Part shown: in pieces, positions 28,839 to 40,200 of the stretch
Layout of the letters: each line of letters opens with the position of its first letter
How positions within the stretch are numbered: position 1 is the stretch's first letter
Source: Ideonella sp.
Lineage (GTDB): Bacteria; Pseudomonadota; Gammaproteobacteria; Burkholderiales; Burkholderiaceae_C
Assembly: GCA_043720415.1 (NCBI GenBank)
Contig: JAYSSS010000085.1
Span: 27,866-91,865, forward strand
Direction: 5' to 3'
Length of the DNA stretch: 64,000 nucleotides
Translations under genes and position numbers: made by a program
Notes under the pieces: model-generated
Told to the model about the DNA's origin: nothing
Databases searched by the model: none
What the model saw: only the letters and a program-made list of their open reading frames with translations

Positions 28839-29507
28839 GCACAGCTCATGCGCAGCGCGCGCCATGCGCCGGGCGGGGTTGCCGGCATAGGCGGCACCCT
28901 CGTCGGTGTCCTCGATGAGCACGGCGCCCGCAGCGATAAAGCTGCGCGGCGCCACCCTCAGGCCGTCGCGCAGCACGGCGCCAACGCCGACAAAGGCCTG
29001 CTCGCCCAGCGTGGTGTCGCCAGCCATGGCGACCATGGCAGAGACGAAGGCGTGGCGGCCAATGCGGCAGTGGTGCGACACATGGGCGCCGCTGCGGATG
29101 ATGACGTTGTCGCCCAGGCTGACGAAGGGCTGCAGCACGGCATGCTCATAGACGAGGCAGTTCTCGCCCATTTGCAGGTCAGGCCAGGTGCTGGCGCGGC
29201 TGGAGATGTAATTGGCGAAGCCATAGCCCCGCGCCTTGGCTTGTTCGAAGCGGCTGCGGCGCAGGCCGTTGATCTGTTGGTAGCCTGCCGGGATCAGCAG
29301 CTTGTAATCCCCGGGTGGAAAGCGGGCTTCGAGGGTCTCGAAATCGACCAAGGGCAAGCCTTCGAAGTGATCGCTGCGCCGGAAGGCGGCGTCCACCGTG
29401 AAGCCAGCCACCTTGAGCTGGGTGTCATGGGCAAGACAATAATGCGCCAGTTGAGCTGATCGCAGGTTGCCGAAGATGACCACCGGTGGTGCTGACCTGG
29501 AGTGCAT
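28836..29507 (-). CDS. PglD/NeuD-like sugar N-acetyltransferase (left-handed beta-helix)
   Basis: VVIFG, hexapeptide repeats, HVSHH, YAGNPAR; likely start ATG 29507. Confidence 0.88.
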   Translation of the reverse strand: MHSRSAPPVVIFGNLRSAQLAHYCLAHDTQLKVAGFTVDAAFRRSDHFEGLPLVDFETLEARFPPGDYKLLIPAGYQQINGLRRSRFEQAKARGYGFANYISSRASTWPDLQMGENCLVYEHAVLQPFVSLGDNVIIRSGAHVSHHCRIGRHAFVSAMVAMAGDTTLGEQAFVGVGAVLRDGLRVAPRSFIAAGAVLIEDTDEGAAYAGNPARRMARAAHELC

Positions 29508-29563
29508 TTCGTTGTGTGTGAGCGGCACGAGGCCAGCGGCGGGCTTGAGTTTAACCACCGAAG

Positions 29564-31144
29564 ATGACTGGCATGGCCCCTATGCGCGCTGATCGCGCGG
29601 TGCTGATGGACCGCCTGCGCCAGGTGCTGGAGGCGCCCTATCGCGCCCAGGCCTGGCATGGCTTGTACGCGGTGCTGGTGCGCACGGCGGGGCCCGACCG
29701 GCAAGCCTTGCTGGCCGAGTTGCGCAAACGCCGGCCCCGGGTGGGCACAGACGCAGCCCAGGCCATGGCCGGCGTCTTGGCGGCCAGCTTCCTGGACAGT
29801 TTCACGGCCGATGAATCCGAGCTGGCCCTGGCCAGCGCAGCCTGTTGTGCGGCCGGCCTGCCCTACGACGCCGGTGTGGCTTTGTTGAACATCAGCTACG
29901 CGCGGGCCTTGCGCAGCAGTGCGGGCTCGGCCGATTTTGTGGCGATGCTGGCTCGCGCGGGCTTTGTCGAGTTGTGCCAGCACCTGGGCCAGCGCTTGTT
30001 GCTGCAGCGCCAGGCGCGACCTGCGCCATCCTCGGCCGCCGTCGCCAACACCTCGGGCCACGCCAAGCTGCGCATCGCTGTGGTGGCACCGTCACTGTCC
30101 AGCGGCTTTCATGCCCCAACGCTGATGGCGCTGTCCCACGCCTGTTTGCTGCACGACCTGGGGCATGAGGTGCGGGTCTTCGCGCCACAAGAGTTCTTGA
30201 TGGCCGACATGCCGCAGTGGCTGGGCACGCCCAGGGACATGGCCCTGGGCGCAGCGGACCGCAGCCTGTGGCCCAAGCCCGGCAGCGGCGCCTTGGCTGT
30301 GACCCTGGCTCGGCCGGATCTGGCCATGCACGGCCGCTGGCATGGTGTGCTCGACGCAGTGGACGCCTTTGCCCCGGATTCGGTCTTCTTCATTGGCCCG
30401 CATTCCCCCTTGTTGACGCCGCTGCATGCGCGCTACTGGCTGGTCGGTTTGGGCAGCAATGCGGTGGCGCCACTGGGCCCACTGGATGTCTGGCTGGCGC
30501 CGCATGCGGCCGAGCATGGCAGTTGGGGGCCGGAGGTTCCCGTGCGCAGCATCGTGCCGCACAGCCAGCGCCTCTGGGTGGATCAAGCACCGGCCGCGAT
30601 GCCTCGATCAGCCATCGACGTCCCGGCCCAGGCCACGCTGTGGCTGACCAGCGGCTCACGCTTGGCCACCGAGATGAGCGCCGCCTGGTGCGCCGAGATG
30701 CTTAAAGCCTTGCTGCGCCACCCTTTGGCGCACTGGCTCATCGTCAGCGCTGGGCGGCGGGCGCCTGAAGGCCTGCCCCTGGATCACCCGCGCATTCATC
30801 TGCGGGGCTTCGAGAAGGATCTGGGCGGGCTGATGTTGAGCAGTGACGTTTACTTGAATCCGCCGCGCTTGGGCGGCGGCCACAGCGTGGCCATGGCCAT
30901 GGCCCATGGCTTGCCGGTGCTGGCACTTCGCGGTGGCGATGGCGGCGACAAGCTCGGCCCACTGGCTCAGCCCGATGTGGCCTGCTACTTCAGCGAACTC
31001 GACCGCTTGACACTGGACGCCGCCCACCGCGGGGCGCTTGCCGCACAGCAGCGACAGCGCTTTTCCAGTGTCTTTGATCTCAAGCAGGCAGGCGCCGCCC
31101 TGGAGCAGGCCTTGCGCCCACCGCCGGCGGCGGCAAGGCCATAG
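29564..31144 (+). CDS. GT-B-fold glycosyltransferase-like protein with helical N-terminus
   Basis: RIAVVAP..HAPT; C-terminal DVYLNPPRLGGGHSVAMAMAHGLPVL. Confidence 0.65.
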   Translation: MTGMAPMRADRAVLMDRLRQVLEAPYRAQAWHGLYAVLVRTAGPDRQALLAELRKRRPRVGTDAAQAMAGVLAASFLDSFTADESELALASAACCAAGLPYDAGVALLNISYARALRSSAGSADFVAMLARAGFVELCQHLGQRLLLQRQARPAPSSAAVANTSGHAKLRIAVVAPSLSSGFHAPTLMALSHACLLHDLGHEVRVFAPQEFLMADMPQWLGTPRDMALGAADRSLWPKPGSGALAVTLARPDLAMHGRWHGVLDAVDAFAPDSVFFIGPHSPLLTPLHARYWLVGLGSNAVAPLGPLDVWLAPHAAEHGSWGPEVPVRSIVPHSQRLWVDQAPAAMPRSAIDVPAQATLWLTSGSRLATEMSAAWCAEMLKALLRHPLAHWLIVSAGRRAPEGLPLDHPRIHLRGFEKDLGGLMLSSDVYLNPPRLGGGHSVAMAMAHGLPVLALRGGDGGDKLGPLAQPDVACYFSELDRLTLDAAHRGALAAQQRQRFSSVFDLKQAGAALEQALRPPPAAARP

Positions 31145-31152
31145 GGCAGGCC

Positions 31153-31187
31153 AAAAAAAACCCGCCGCTGTTGCCAGGGCGGGTTTT
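31153..31187 (-). terminator. Rho-independent (probably bidirectional) terminator
   Basis: A8-CCCGCC-loop-GGCGGG-T4 between convergent genes; U8 on the RTX gene strand. Confidence 0.9.
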
Positions 31188-31224
31188 GTGCTGCGGCCTC
31201 GCGGCCGCTTCGCAGTGTTGGCTA

Positions 31225-34200
31225 TCAGCCGACGTTGGGATCGGTCAGGCCATTGATGCCCACACCGTTGATCACGCCCACCAGATCGATGGCGAAGTCC
31301 TCGGTGCCCAGATCGCCGTCGAGCGCCGTCAGGTCAACACGGTAGACACCGGCGTTGCCGCTGGCGTCGTACAGCATCACCGTCAGGAAGTCGGCCGTGG
31401 TCAGTGCCGAGGCGCCCGGTGCGGCGTTGGCGATGGCATAGGCGATCAACTGCTCGACTTCACCGGCATTGCCGACGTCTTGCAGGTTGCTCACCGTGTG
31501 CGTCGTGCCGCTCGACTGGATCTCGATCACCGTGCCATTGACCACCGTGGCAGGCAGGTCGATGCCAGTGAAGAAGGCATTCAGCGAAATCAGCGAACCG
31601 ACTTGGTTGACATCGATCACGTCATTGGCGAGGTTGAAGCCCGTCACGGTGTCGGCATTGGCCGCAGTGCCCGAGGGCGCCACGCTCATGTCCAGCTCCA
31701 CGGTATCCGCTGCGGAAGTGGTCTCCGTCAGGTTCACTGCATCGGCGCCAGCGCCGCCGACGATCAAGTCTGAGCCCTCACCACCACGCAACGAGTCGTT
31801 GCCACCGCCACCGTACAGGCTGTCATTGCCAGCGTTGCCGATCAGGGTGTCCGCCAGTGAGCCGCCGGTCAGGTCATCATCTTGGGCACTGCCGTTGATG
31901 ACGAAGTGGCCGTCGGTTTCCGCCGAGCCGCCGATGGTGAAGTCATCGCCACCACCGGTGCCGGTGAGGTTGATGGTGATGGTCTGGCCGGCCGCCACCA
32001 GTGTGTTGGCGGTGGTCAGGTCGTCAGCAAAATTATTGTTGCTGAGGAAGTTGATGACTTCCACGTTGACCACGCCATCGGCCCAGTTGCCGTTGAGGTT
32101 GCTGGCGTTGAGTGTGTCGCTGCCAACGCCGCCATTGACCGTGTCCAAGCTCTCGATGAAGGAACCGAACTCGAAGGTGTCGTCGCCATCCATGCCGTAG
32201 AACTCATCTTCGCCACCGGCGGCAACGATGGTGTCGTTGCCGAAGTTGGCTTCGACAAAGTCGTGGCCGTCGCCGGTGTTGATGATGTCAACGCCGTCGC
32301 TGCTGTAGATCGAGTCATCGCCGCTGCCGGCTTCGATGGTCAAGGTGCCGTCGTTGCCGACACGCGACCACAGCTCGATCAGATCGGCGCCATTGGTGCC
32401 GTTGACCGTGGCCGACATGCCTGGCCAGATGCCCAGGTACGAGGCTTCAGGTACGGCGTCCGTGCCCCAATCGGCCAGTTCAATGGTGGCCTCGCCATTC
32501 TGGACCTTGTAGCTGTCGTCTGAGCCAGCACCACCCACCAAAGTGGCGTTCCCACCATCGGTGACCCAGAGCTCGTCGTTGCCAGCGCCGCCGTTGAGGG
32601 TGTCGCTGCCGCCATTGCCGACGACGGTGTCGTCGCCTGAGCCGGAGGTGATGTCGTCGTTGCCATCAGAGCCTTCGATCAGCAGGGCTTCCGTCTGCTG
32701 GTCCAGCACCAGGACGGTGCCGCCATTGGTCAGTAGCACGGTCTCGATGCGGACGATCTGACCGTCACCGCTGTCGTTGAACGAGGCGCCGATTTCAAGC
32801 ACGTCGGTGTCACCAACGACGTCTGCGCCGCCATCGAGCAGCACGTCGTTTTGTGCGCCCACCAGGGTGTCGCTGCCCGTGCCGCCGTCAACGCTGTCCG
32901 CGCCGGCGCTGCCATCCAGGCTGTCATCACCGGCGTTGCCGAAGATGGTGTCATTGCCCTGTGCGGCCTGGATCGTGTCATTGCCACCTGAGCCGTTGAC
33001 CGTGAAGCCCTCGGTCTGGCTGGTCAGGTCGAGGTTGGTGGCGTCCTCGAGAGTCACTTGCTCAATGTTGACGATTTGCGAATTGGTGGTGTCGTCAAAG
33101 GTGCCCTGGCCCGCAATGACCAGGGTGTCATTCTCGGGGCCGCCATTGAGCTTGGCGTCGTTTTGCGCGCCGTAGATGGAGTCATTGCCCGCGCCGCCAT
33201 CGATGCTGTCGGCGCCGGCATTGCCATGGATCTCGTCGTTGCCGTTACTGCCATCGATCGTGTCGTTGCCTGAACCCATCTCGATCAAGTCATCACCGGT
33301 CGAGCCAGTGACGATGAAGCCTTCGGTCTGTGATTCCAGTTCGAGGCGCTGGCCGGCAGCCGCGATCAGCACCGCCTCGATGCCGACAATTTGCGCGTCA
33401 GACTGGTCATGGAAGTGCCAGGCGCCCACTTCCAGGGTGTCAAAGTTAGCGCCACCGTCGAGCAGCGCGTCTTCGTCTTCGCCAACCAGGGTGTCGTTGC
33501 CATTGCCGCCGCTGATGACATCGGCGCTGGTGTCAAAGCCGCCGTACAGGCGATCCTCGCCATCGTTGCCGTTGATGGTGTCGGCGCCATTGCCACCACT
33601 GATGGTGTCATCGCCGCTCGAGCCATTGATGGTGAAGGCTTCGCTCTGGTTGTTCAGATTCAGCGTTGTGCCGGCCGCCGTCAACACCACTTCTTCGACA
33701 TTGGCGATTTGACCGTTGCCGATGTCGTCGAAGCTGGCGCCGACGTTCAGCCTGTCGTGCCCGGAGAACAGGCCTTGGTTGCTGTTGGCACCGCCATCGA
33801 GCAGCGCATCGTCTTGCGCGCCGACGATGGTGTCCCAGCCGTCTTCAGCGCTGAGGCTGTCGGCACCTGCGCCGCCAACGACCCAGTCGTTGCCGTTGCC
33901 GGCCGCGACGGTGTCCGCACCGCTGCCGCCGGTGATGCTGTCAGCACCTGCCGTACCCGTGATGTTGAAGCCTTCGGTCTGGTCACCCAGGTTGGTGTTC
34001 AGGTCAGCGGCGGTGATGACGACGTTTTCGATGGTGTCGATCTGGCCATCGCTCAGGTCGTTGAAGCCGGCACCAATGTTCAGGGTGTCGGTGTCGTCGC
34101 CGCCAGACAGCAGGGCGTCGTCTTGCGCACCCACCAGGGTGTCGTTGCCCGTGCCGCCGGCCATGGAATCGGCACCTGCGCCGCCATTGATCCAATCGGC

Positions 34201-37200
34201 ACCGCCACCACCCGCCAGGCTATCGGCGCCCGAGTTGCTGGTGATGGTGTCGTTGCCGGCGCTGCCAACCACGGTGTAGCCCGTGGTTCCGGGCGCATCG
34301 GTGGCATCGTGCGGGCCGCTGAAGCTGATGTTGCTGGCGGCTTCGAGCACATAGGTCTCGATGTCCGCGTCACCGACCACGGTGCCACCGGTGGACAGGG
34401 TGATGGTGTCGGGCGAAGTCGCGTCACCGTCGTTGATGCTGGTGAAGCCGTTGTACTGCGCCGAGGTCATCCGCACCGACGAGTTGGCGATGACGACTGT
34501 CTCGAAGCCCGTGGCGCCGCCGCCGTTGACGTTGCTGATGTCATCGAGGTGATGCAGGATCAGCGTGTCGTTGTTGGCGTTGCCATTGAGCGTGGTGCCC
34601 GGTGCGAACACCGTGCCGCCTGCAGCGTTGGACTCAACCGTGTCATTGCCGCCCATGCCGTTGATGGTGACCGGGCCGGCGCCGTCGATGATGTAGTAAT
34701 CATTGGCGATGGTGCCGGTGATGTTCTGGCCATTGCTGACGTGGATCGGGCCCATGGTCAGGCCATTGAGCACGTCGCTGTTCTGCATCGAGGCGACATC
34801 GACCTTGATGCGCAGATCGTTGTTGTCCAGCGAGCCGTCGTCGTTGAGGTCGACCCACAGAACACGCTCGTCCTGCTGGAAGACCACTTGCACGATGCCG
34901 TCACCATTGTGCACAGCCGCAGTGGCATCACCATAGTTGACAGCATTGCCGCCAAACTGGATGACCGCACCGTTGATGCCGGCGAACTGCGCCTGCACCG
35001 CGGGATCAAGGCCGACATAACGGAAGTCAATGACATCCTGGCCGCTGACAAAGCCGGTGATGGAGTCAATGGCGCTGAGCAGGCCATTGCTCTCGTTGCG
35101 GTAGCTGTACATGAAGATGTCGGTCGCGCCGTCGGCACCACCACCATCCAGGGTGTCAGCACCCACGCCGCCGATCAACACATCGGCGCCCGTGCCGCCG
35201 CTGATGTTGTCATTGCCTGAGCCACCGTCGGCCTGGTCATCACCACCGCTGAGGGTGATGCTGTCATTGCCGGTGCCGCCAAAGACGATGTCGTTGCCGT
35301 TACCGCTGCTGACGACGTCGTCGTTGTCGCCTGCTTCGATGCTGTCCGCACCGGAGCCGGTGGTGATGCTGTCGTTGCCCGTGCCACCCCAGACGGTGTT
35401 GTTGCCATTGCCGGCATCGACCGTGTCGTTGCCAGAGCCGGCGACGATTGAATCATTGCCGCTGCGGGTGGTGATGAGGTCAGCGCCAGCGCCCGAATCG
35501 ACGGTGTCGTTGGCCGCCGTGACGAACAGCAGGTTGTAATCGGCGCCGGCATCGATGGTGTCGTTGCCGCTGCCGGTGGTGATGCTGTCGGCGCCCGTGC
35601 CGGTGATGACATTGAGCGCGCCGACGGTGATGCCACCGGCGTTGATCGTGGAGCCGCCTTCGGCATCGGTGCTGTCGTCGAGCTGAGCACCATTGACCGA
35701 GATCACGCCGCTGCCCACGCCTGTGAAGTTGGCGTTGATCAGGTTGAGCGTGGCGCTGTTATCGCCGTTCTCGGTGATGACATAGCTCTCGACACGCGTC
35801 ACATTGGTCGGGTTGGCAGTGCCGTTGTCGGCCGCCAGCCACAGGGCATCGGCTGCGCCGGTACCGCCACTGATGACATCATTGACGTCGATGTCAGAGA
35901 CATCGGCGATGACGACGACGCGGCTGGAAGCGCCAGCGCCGTTGACGCTGTCGTTGCCGCCTGCGCTCAGGTTGACGCGGACGTCGTCGTTGAAGGCCGG
36001 GTCGAGCAACAGCATGTCATCGCCCGTGGTGCCGGTGACTGTGATGTAGCCCAGCGTGGTTTCGTCCAACGCCGCATCGGCACGCGCGCCCAGCTGGGCG
36101 TTCAAGGCCTGGCCACCGCCATTGGCCGTCAGGTGCTCAACACCCGTGATGTTGTCGAAGCTGTCGTCGGTCAACGCGCCCGAGAGCATGTTGATGGTGT
36201 CGGTACCAGCGCCGCCCGCCATGGTCAGTGTGGTGCCGAGGTCGGTCGCGTCGACGTTCAAGCGGTCATTGCCGCCACCCGCCTGGAAGTTCAGGTTCTC
36301 GGGCAGGCTGCTGCCGGTGACGGTGTCGTTGCCCAGACCGCCGGTGATATTGAAGGCGTAGTCCTTGTCGCCGATGGCGGACAGATCCACGTTCAGCGCG
36401 TCGCCGCCGGTGCCGTAGGCGTTGCCGCCAAAACCGCGCCCGTTGACGTTCACCGTGGTCAGCGTGGCGACGCTGCCTGCGACAAACGCAATGTTGGTGA
36501 CATTGGCGACATTGCCAAGACCGTCGTTGTCCGAATCAACTGCCGTGATGTTGTCGATGCTGGTGACATTCGGCAGGGCGATGACCGCCGTGACGTTGCC
36601 AAGCCCATCGTTCAACTCCAGGGTGTCGTTGCCCAGACCGCCGCTGATGGTGTCAGCGCCGGTGACCTGGTTGCCGTAGCCGATGATGACGTCATCGCCA
36701 TCATTGCCAGAGACGCTGTCGTTGCCAGCCAGGCCGTCCACCGTGTCGGCACCCGTGCCGGCGTCGATGAGGTCATCGCCACCGTCGGTGTAGATGCGGT
36801 CATTACCAGCACCGGTGTTGATGGTGTCGTTGGTGCCGGCCTGGTCATAGACCGTGTCGTTGCCGCTGCCGGTGGTGACGGTGTCTGCACCGCCGCGGAC
36901 ATAGACGGTCAGACCGGTGGTGTAGCCGCTGGCGTTGATGACGTCATTGCCGTTCAGGTCAACGACTGTGCGAATGCCGGCTTCCTGCGCCTCAGCACCC
37001 AGCACCGCCGTATCGCCGGCGTTGTTGCCCATGTGGTACTGCTCGACCTCGGCGACATTGGTGAAGTCGGCATCAACGACAGAGACAGCCTGCAAGTAGT
37101 CGTAGCCGTTGTTGCCATCAATGCTGTCGGCCGTGTTGAGGTTGTCGCCCATGTCAACGTAATCGCTGCCCTCACCGCCCAAAACCGTCAGGTTCTCGTT

Positions 37201-40200
37201 GGCAGCGTTCAGGCCGGCTTGGACATTCAGTCCCTCGTCGGAATCCAGCGAGGTGGCGTCGATCGTCAGTGCGTTTTGGCTGTAGCCCGCATTCAGCGTC
37301 ACGAGCACCGTGTGCCCGTCGCCATTGATCCCGTCCAGGTCGTTGACCAACAGCGTATCAATGTTGCTGATGCCAGCATCCAAGGTGGCGCTGGAGTTGT
37401 CACCCGCGAACACGCCGTTGTTGTCAACGATGTTGAACTGGATGATGTCGGTGCCGACACCCGGTGCCACGCCCGGGTCGCCGCTGATGGTGTCGGTGGC
37501 GTCAAGTTGACCCGTCCCGACAATCGCGATGTCGTTGCCTGAGCCCAGGTTGACGTTGTCGGTGCCCGAGCCTTGCTCGACCGTGTCGTTGCCGGCGCCG
37601 CTGCTGATGATGTCATTGCCGCCATTGCCGGCAATGCTGTCGGCACCCAGGCCGGTGCTGATGGTGTCATTCTGGTTGCCGCCCAACACGGTGATGGCGC
37701 GTGACAGCACGCCGTCATCGAATGCGCCAATGCTGTTGAACGGGCCATCGCCGCCGAAGCCGCTGCCGCCCACGCCGCCGTCATTTCCATTGAAGAACAG
37801 CGTGCCAGTGATGGTGGTGGCGCTGACCGTGGTGGCGGTGGTGTCGGTATCGAACCAGGCGCCATCGGTCACGCTGATGCTGTAGTCCTCACCAGCCAGG
37901 TTGATCTGCTCAACATTGCGCACCGAGTCCAGCTCGTTGGCATCGCCGGAGTCACCGCTGAGGTTCAGGGTGTCGCTACCCGCACCACCGTCGACTTGAT
38001 CGGTGCCTGCGCCGGGGAACACAAACTCGTTGTAGCTGCTGTCCAGGCCTGTGCCGGCGTTCATCACATCGTTGCCATTGCCGGCGTTGATGGCGTCGAA
38101 GCCGCCCGCAGAGAAGTCGATGTTGTCGTTGTCGTCACCGGCGTCGACGTTGTCGTCGCCGCTGCCCACAACAATGGTGTCATTGCCAGTGCCGCCGGTG
38201 ACGACGTTGTTGCCGTTGCCAGCGCTGATGTTGTCCGCGCCCGTGCCACCGGTGATGGTGTCCCAGCCCGCGCCAGCCGTGACAACGTCGTTGTCATCGC
38301 CCGCATCGACGGAGTTGTGACCTTCGCCAGCGGCGATGGTGTCGTTGCCGGTGCCACCGGTGATGCTGTCATTGCCCGAGCCAGCACGCACGCTGTCGTT
38401 GCCAGCACCCGCATTGACCGTGTCCGGGCCGTCGCCGGTGGCGACGGTGTCGCTGCCGCTGCCCAGGTTGATGGTGACGCTGGTGTCGTTGTCTTCGGTG
38501 GACAACGCGATGTTGCCCGTGGCACCAGCGGCTTGCACGCTGTTGATGGTGCTGCTGAGGGCGTTCTCGAAGGCCGCCAGGTTGGCATCGGTATCACCGA
38601 TCGTCAGGCCCGAGGCGGTGCTGATGTTCAGCACCGTGGATCCGGGGGTGTTGAGGTCGTTGATGCGGACGTTGCCGGTGGTGCCGGCGGTCGTCAGGTT
38701 GACCATCTCGATGCCGGAAGCCGTGGTCTGGTCCGGGCCGCCGAGGGCCGAGCCTTCAGCAATGATGTTGATCTGATTGACGTCGAGGTTGTCGTTGTCG
38801 CTGTCATTGACAGTCAGGTTCAACTCGTCATTGCCAGGCGCATCGTCGTTGCGGATGTCCAGGGTGACGCTGACGCCAGCCGTCAGGTTCAGAACTTCAA
38901 GGTTGACCTCGTCAAAGCCGTTGGCATTGCTGTCGGGGTTGGTGTTGGCGAAGTTGAAGCGCGCGTCGAACGTGCTGTTCGTATCCCGCAGGGTTTTCAC
39001 GCCAGTCGAGCTCGACATGTCGAAGCTGACCGCAGCGCCCGCGTCGTTGGTGATTTCAAACTCTTCGACGTTTCTCAAGACAAAAGAGGCAAAAGCCGTG
39101 GTGCCGCCGGCACCAACATTCACCACCAGCTTGTCGGTCCCTGCGCCGCCGTCTAGGCTGTCGCCGGCGTTCAGTGTGAACTGGTTGCCTTGCCAGATAT
39201 CGTCACGAATGGAACCGGCAGAGATGTCAATGCCAGTGGTGAGCGCGTCGGCCACCTGTGCAAGGCTGAGTGTGACCACTGCGGTTGCAGTGCCGCCTTT
39301 CCCATCGGTGACGCTGTAGGTGAAACTGTCGGGGCCGAAGTAGTTGGACGCTGGGTTGTAGATGAAGCTGCCATTGGCGTTCATCGTCACCGTGCCATTG
39401 GTCGGCCCCGTGGCCACGGAGTAGCTGAGTGCGTCGCCGTCAACATCTGTGGCGCCAACTTGGCCCACCACAGCGGTATCTTCAAAGCCGGTAGCGGAAA
39501 GCGGGGCCGCGACAGGTGCATCGTTGACTGCCTGAACCGTGACTGAGGCAATCGCCACAGATGCGGCGCCGGCAGAGTCCGTCACCTTGTAGGTGAATGT
39601 GTCGGTGCCGTTGAAGTTGAGGTTGGGCACATAGCTGAACCTGCCGGTGCCGGCATTCCAGGTAACACTGCCGTTGGCGGGCTGGCTGTTGACGCTGTAG
39701 GTTGCGCTGTCACCGACATCGATGTCCGATGATGAAGGAGCAACGGCGATGGATGCGGCATCTTCGGCGCCGGTGGCAAAGACAGCAGCTGCAACCGGTG
39801 CGTCGTTGGCCGGCGTAACGGTGATCGTCACCGTCCTGGGCGCGCTGGTGGCCAGCCCGTCGTTGGCTGTGAAGGTGAAGCTGTCGGTGCCGTTGAAGTT
39901 GGCGACTGGGGTGTAGACGTAAGAGCCGTTGGCGTTAAGCACCACCGAACCATTGGCCGGGCCAGTGGCCACGGCAAAGGTCAAGGACGAGCCTTCGGTG
40001 TCGGTGCCCGTGACGGTGCCGCCGACAGCGTTGTCTTCAACACCGGCTGCCGATGAATTGGCAGCGACTGGCGCGTCATTGACCGCCGTGACAGTGATGG
40101 ACGCGGTGGCAACAGAAGTGGCGCCCGAGCCATCGGTAACGCGGTAGGTGAAGCTGTCGGTGCCGTTGAAATTGGCATTGGGCACGTAGTTGAACGCGCC

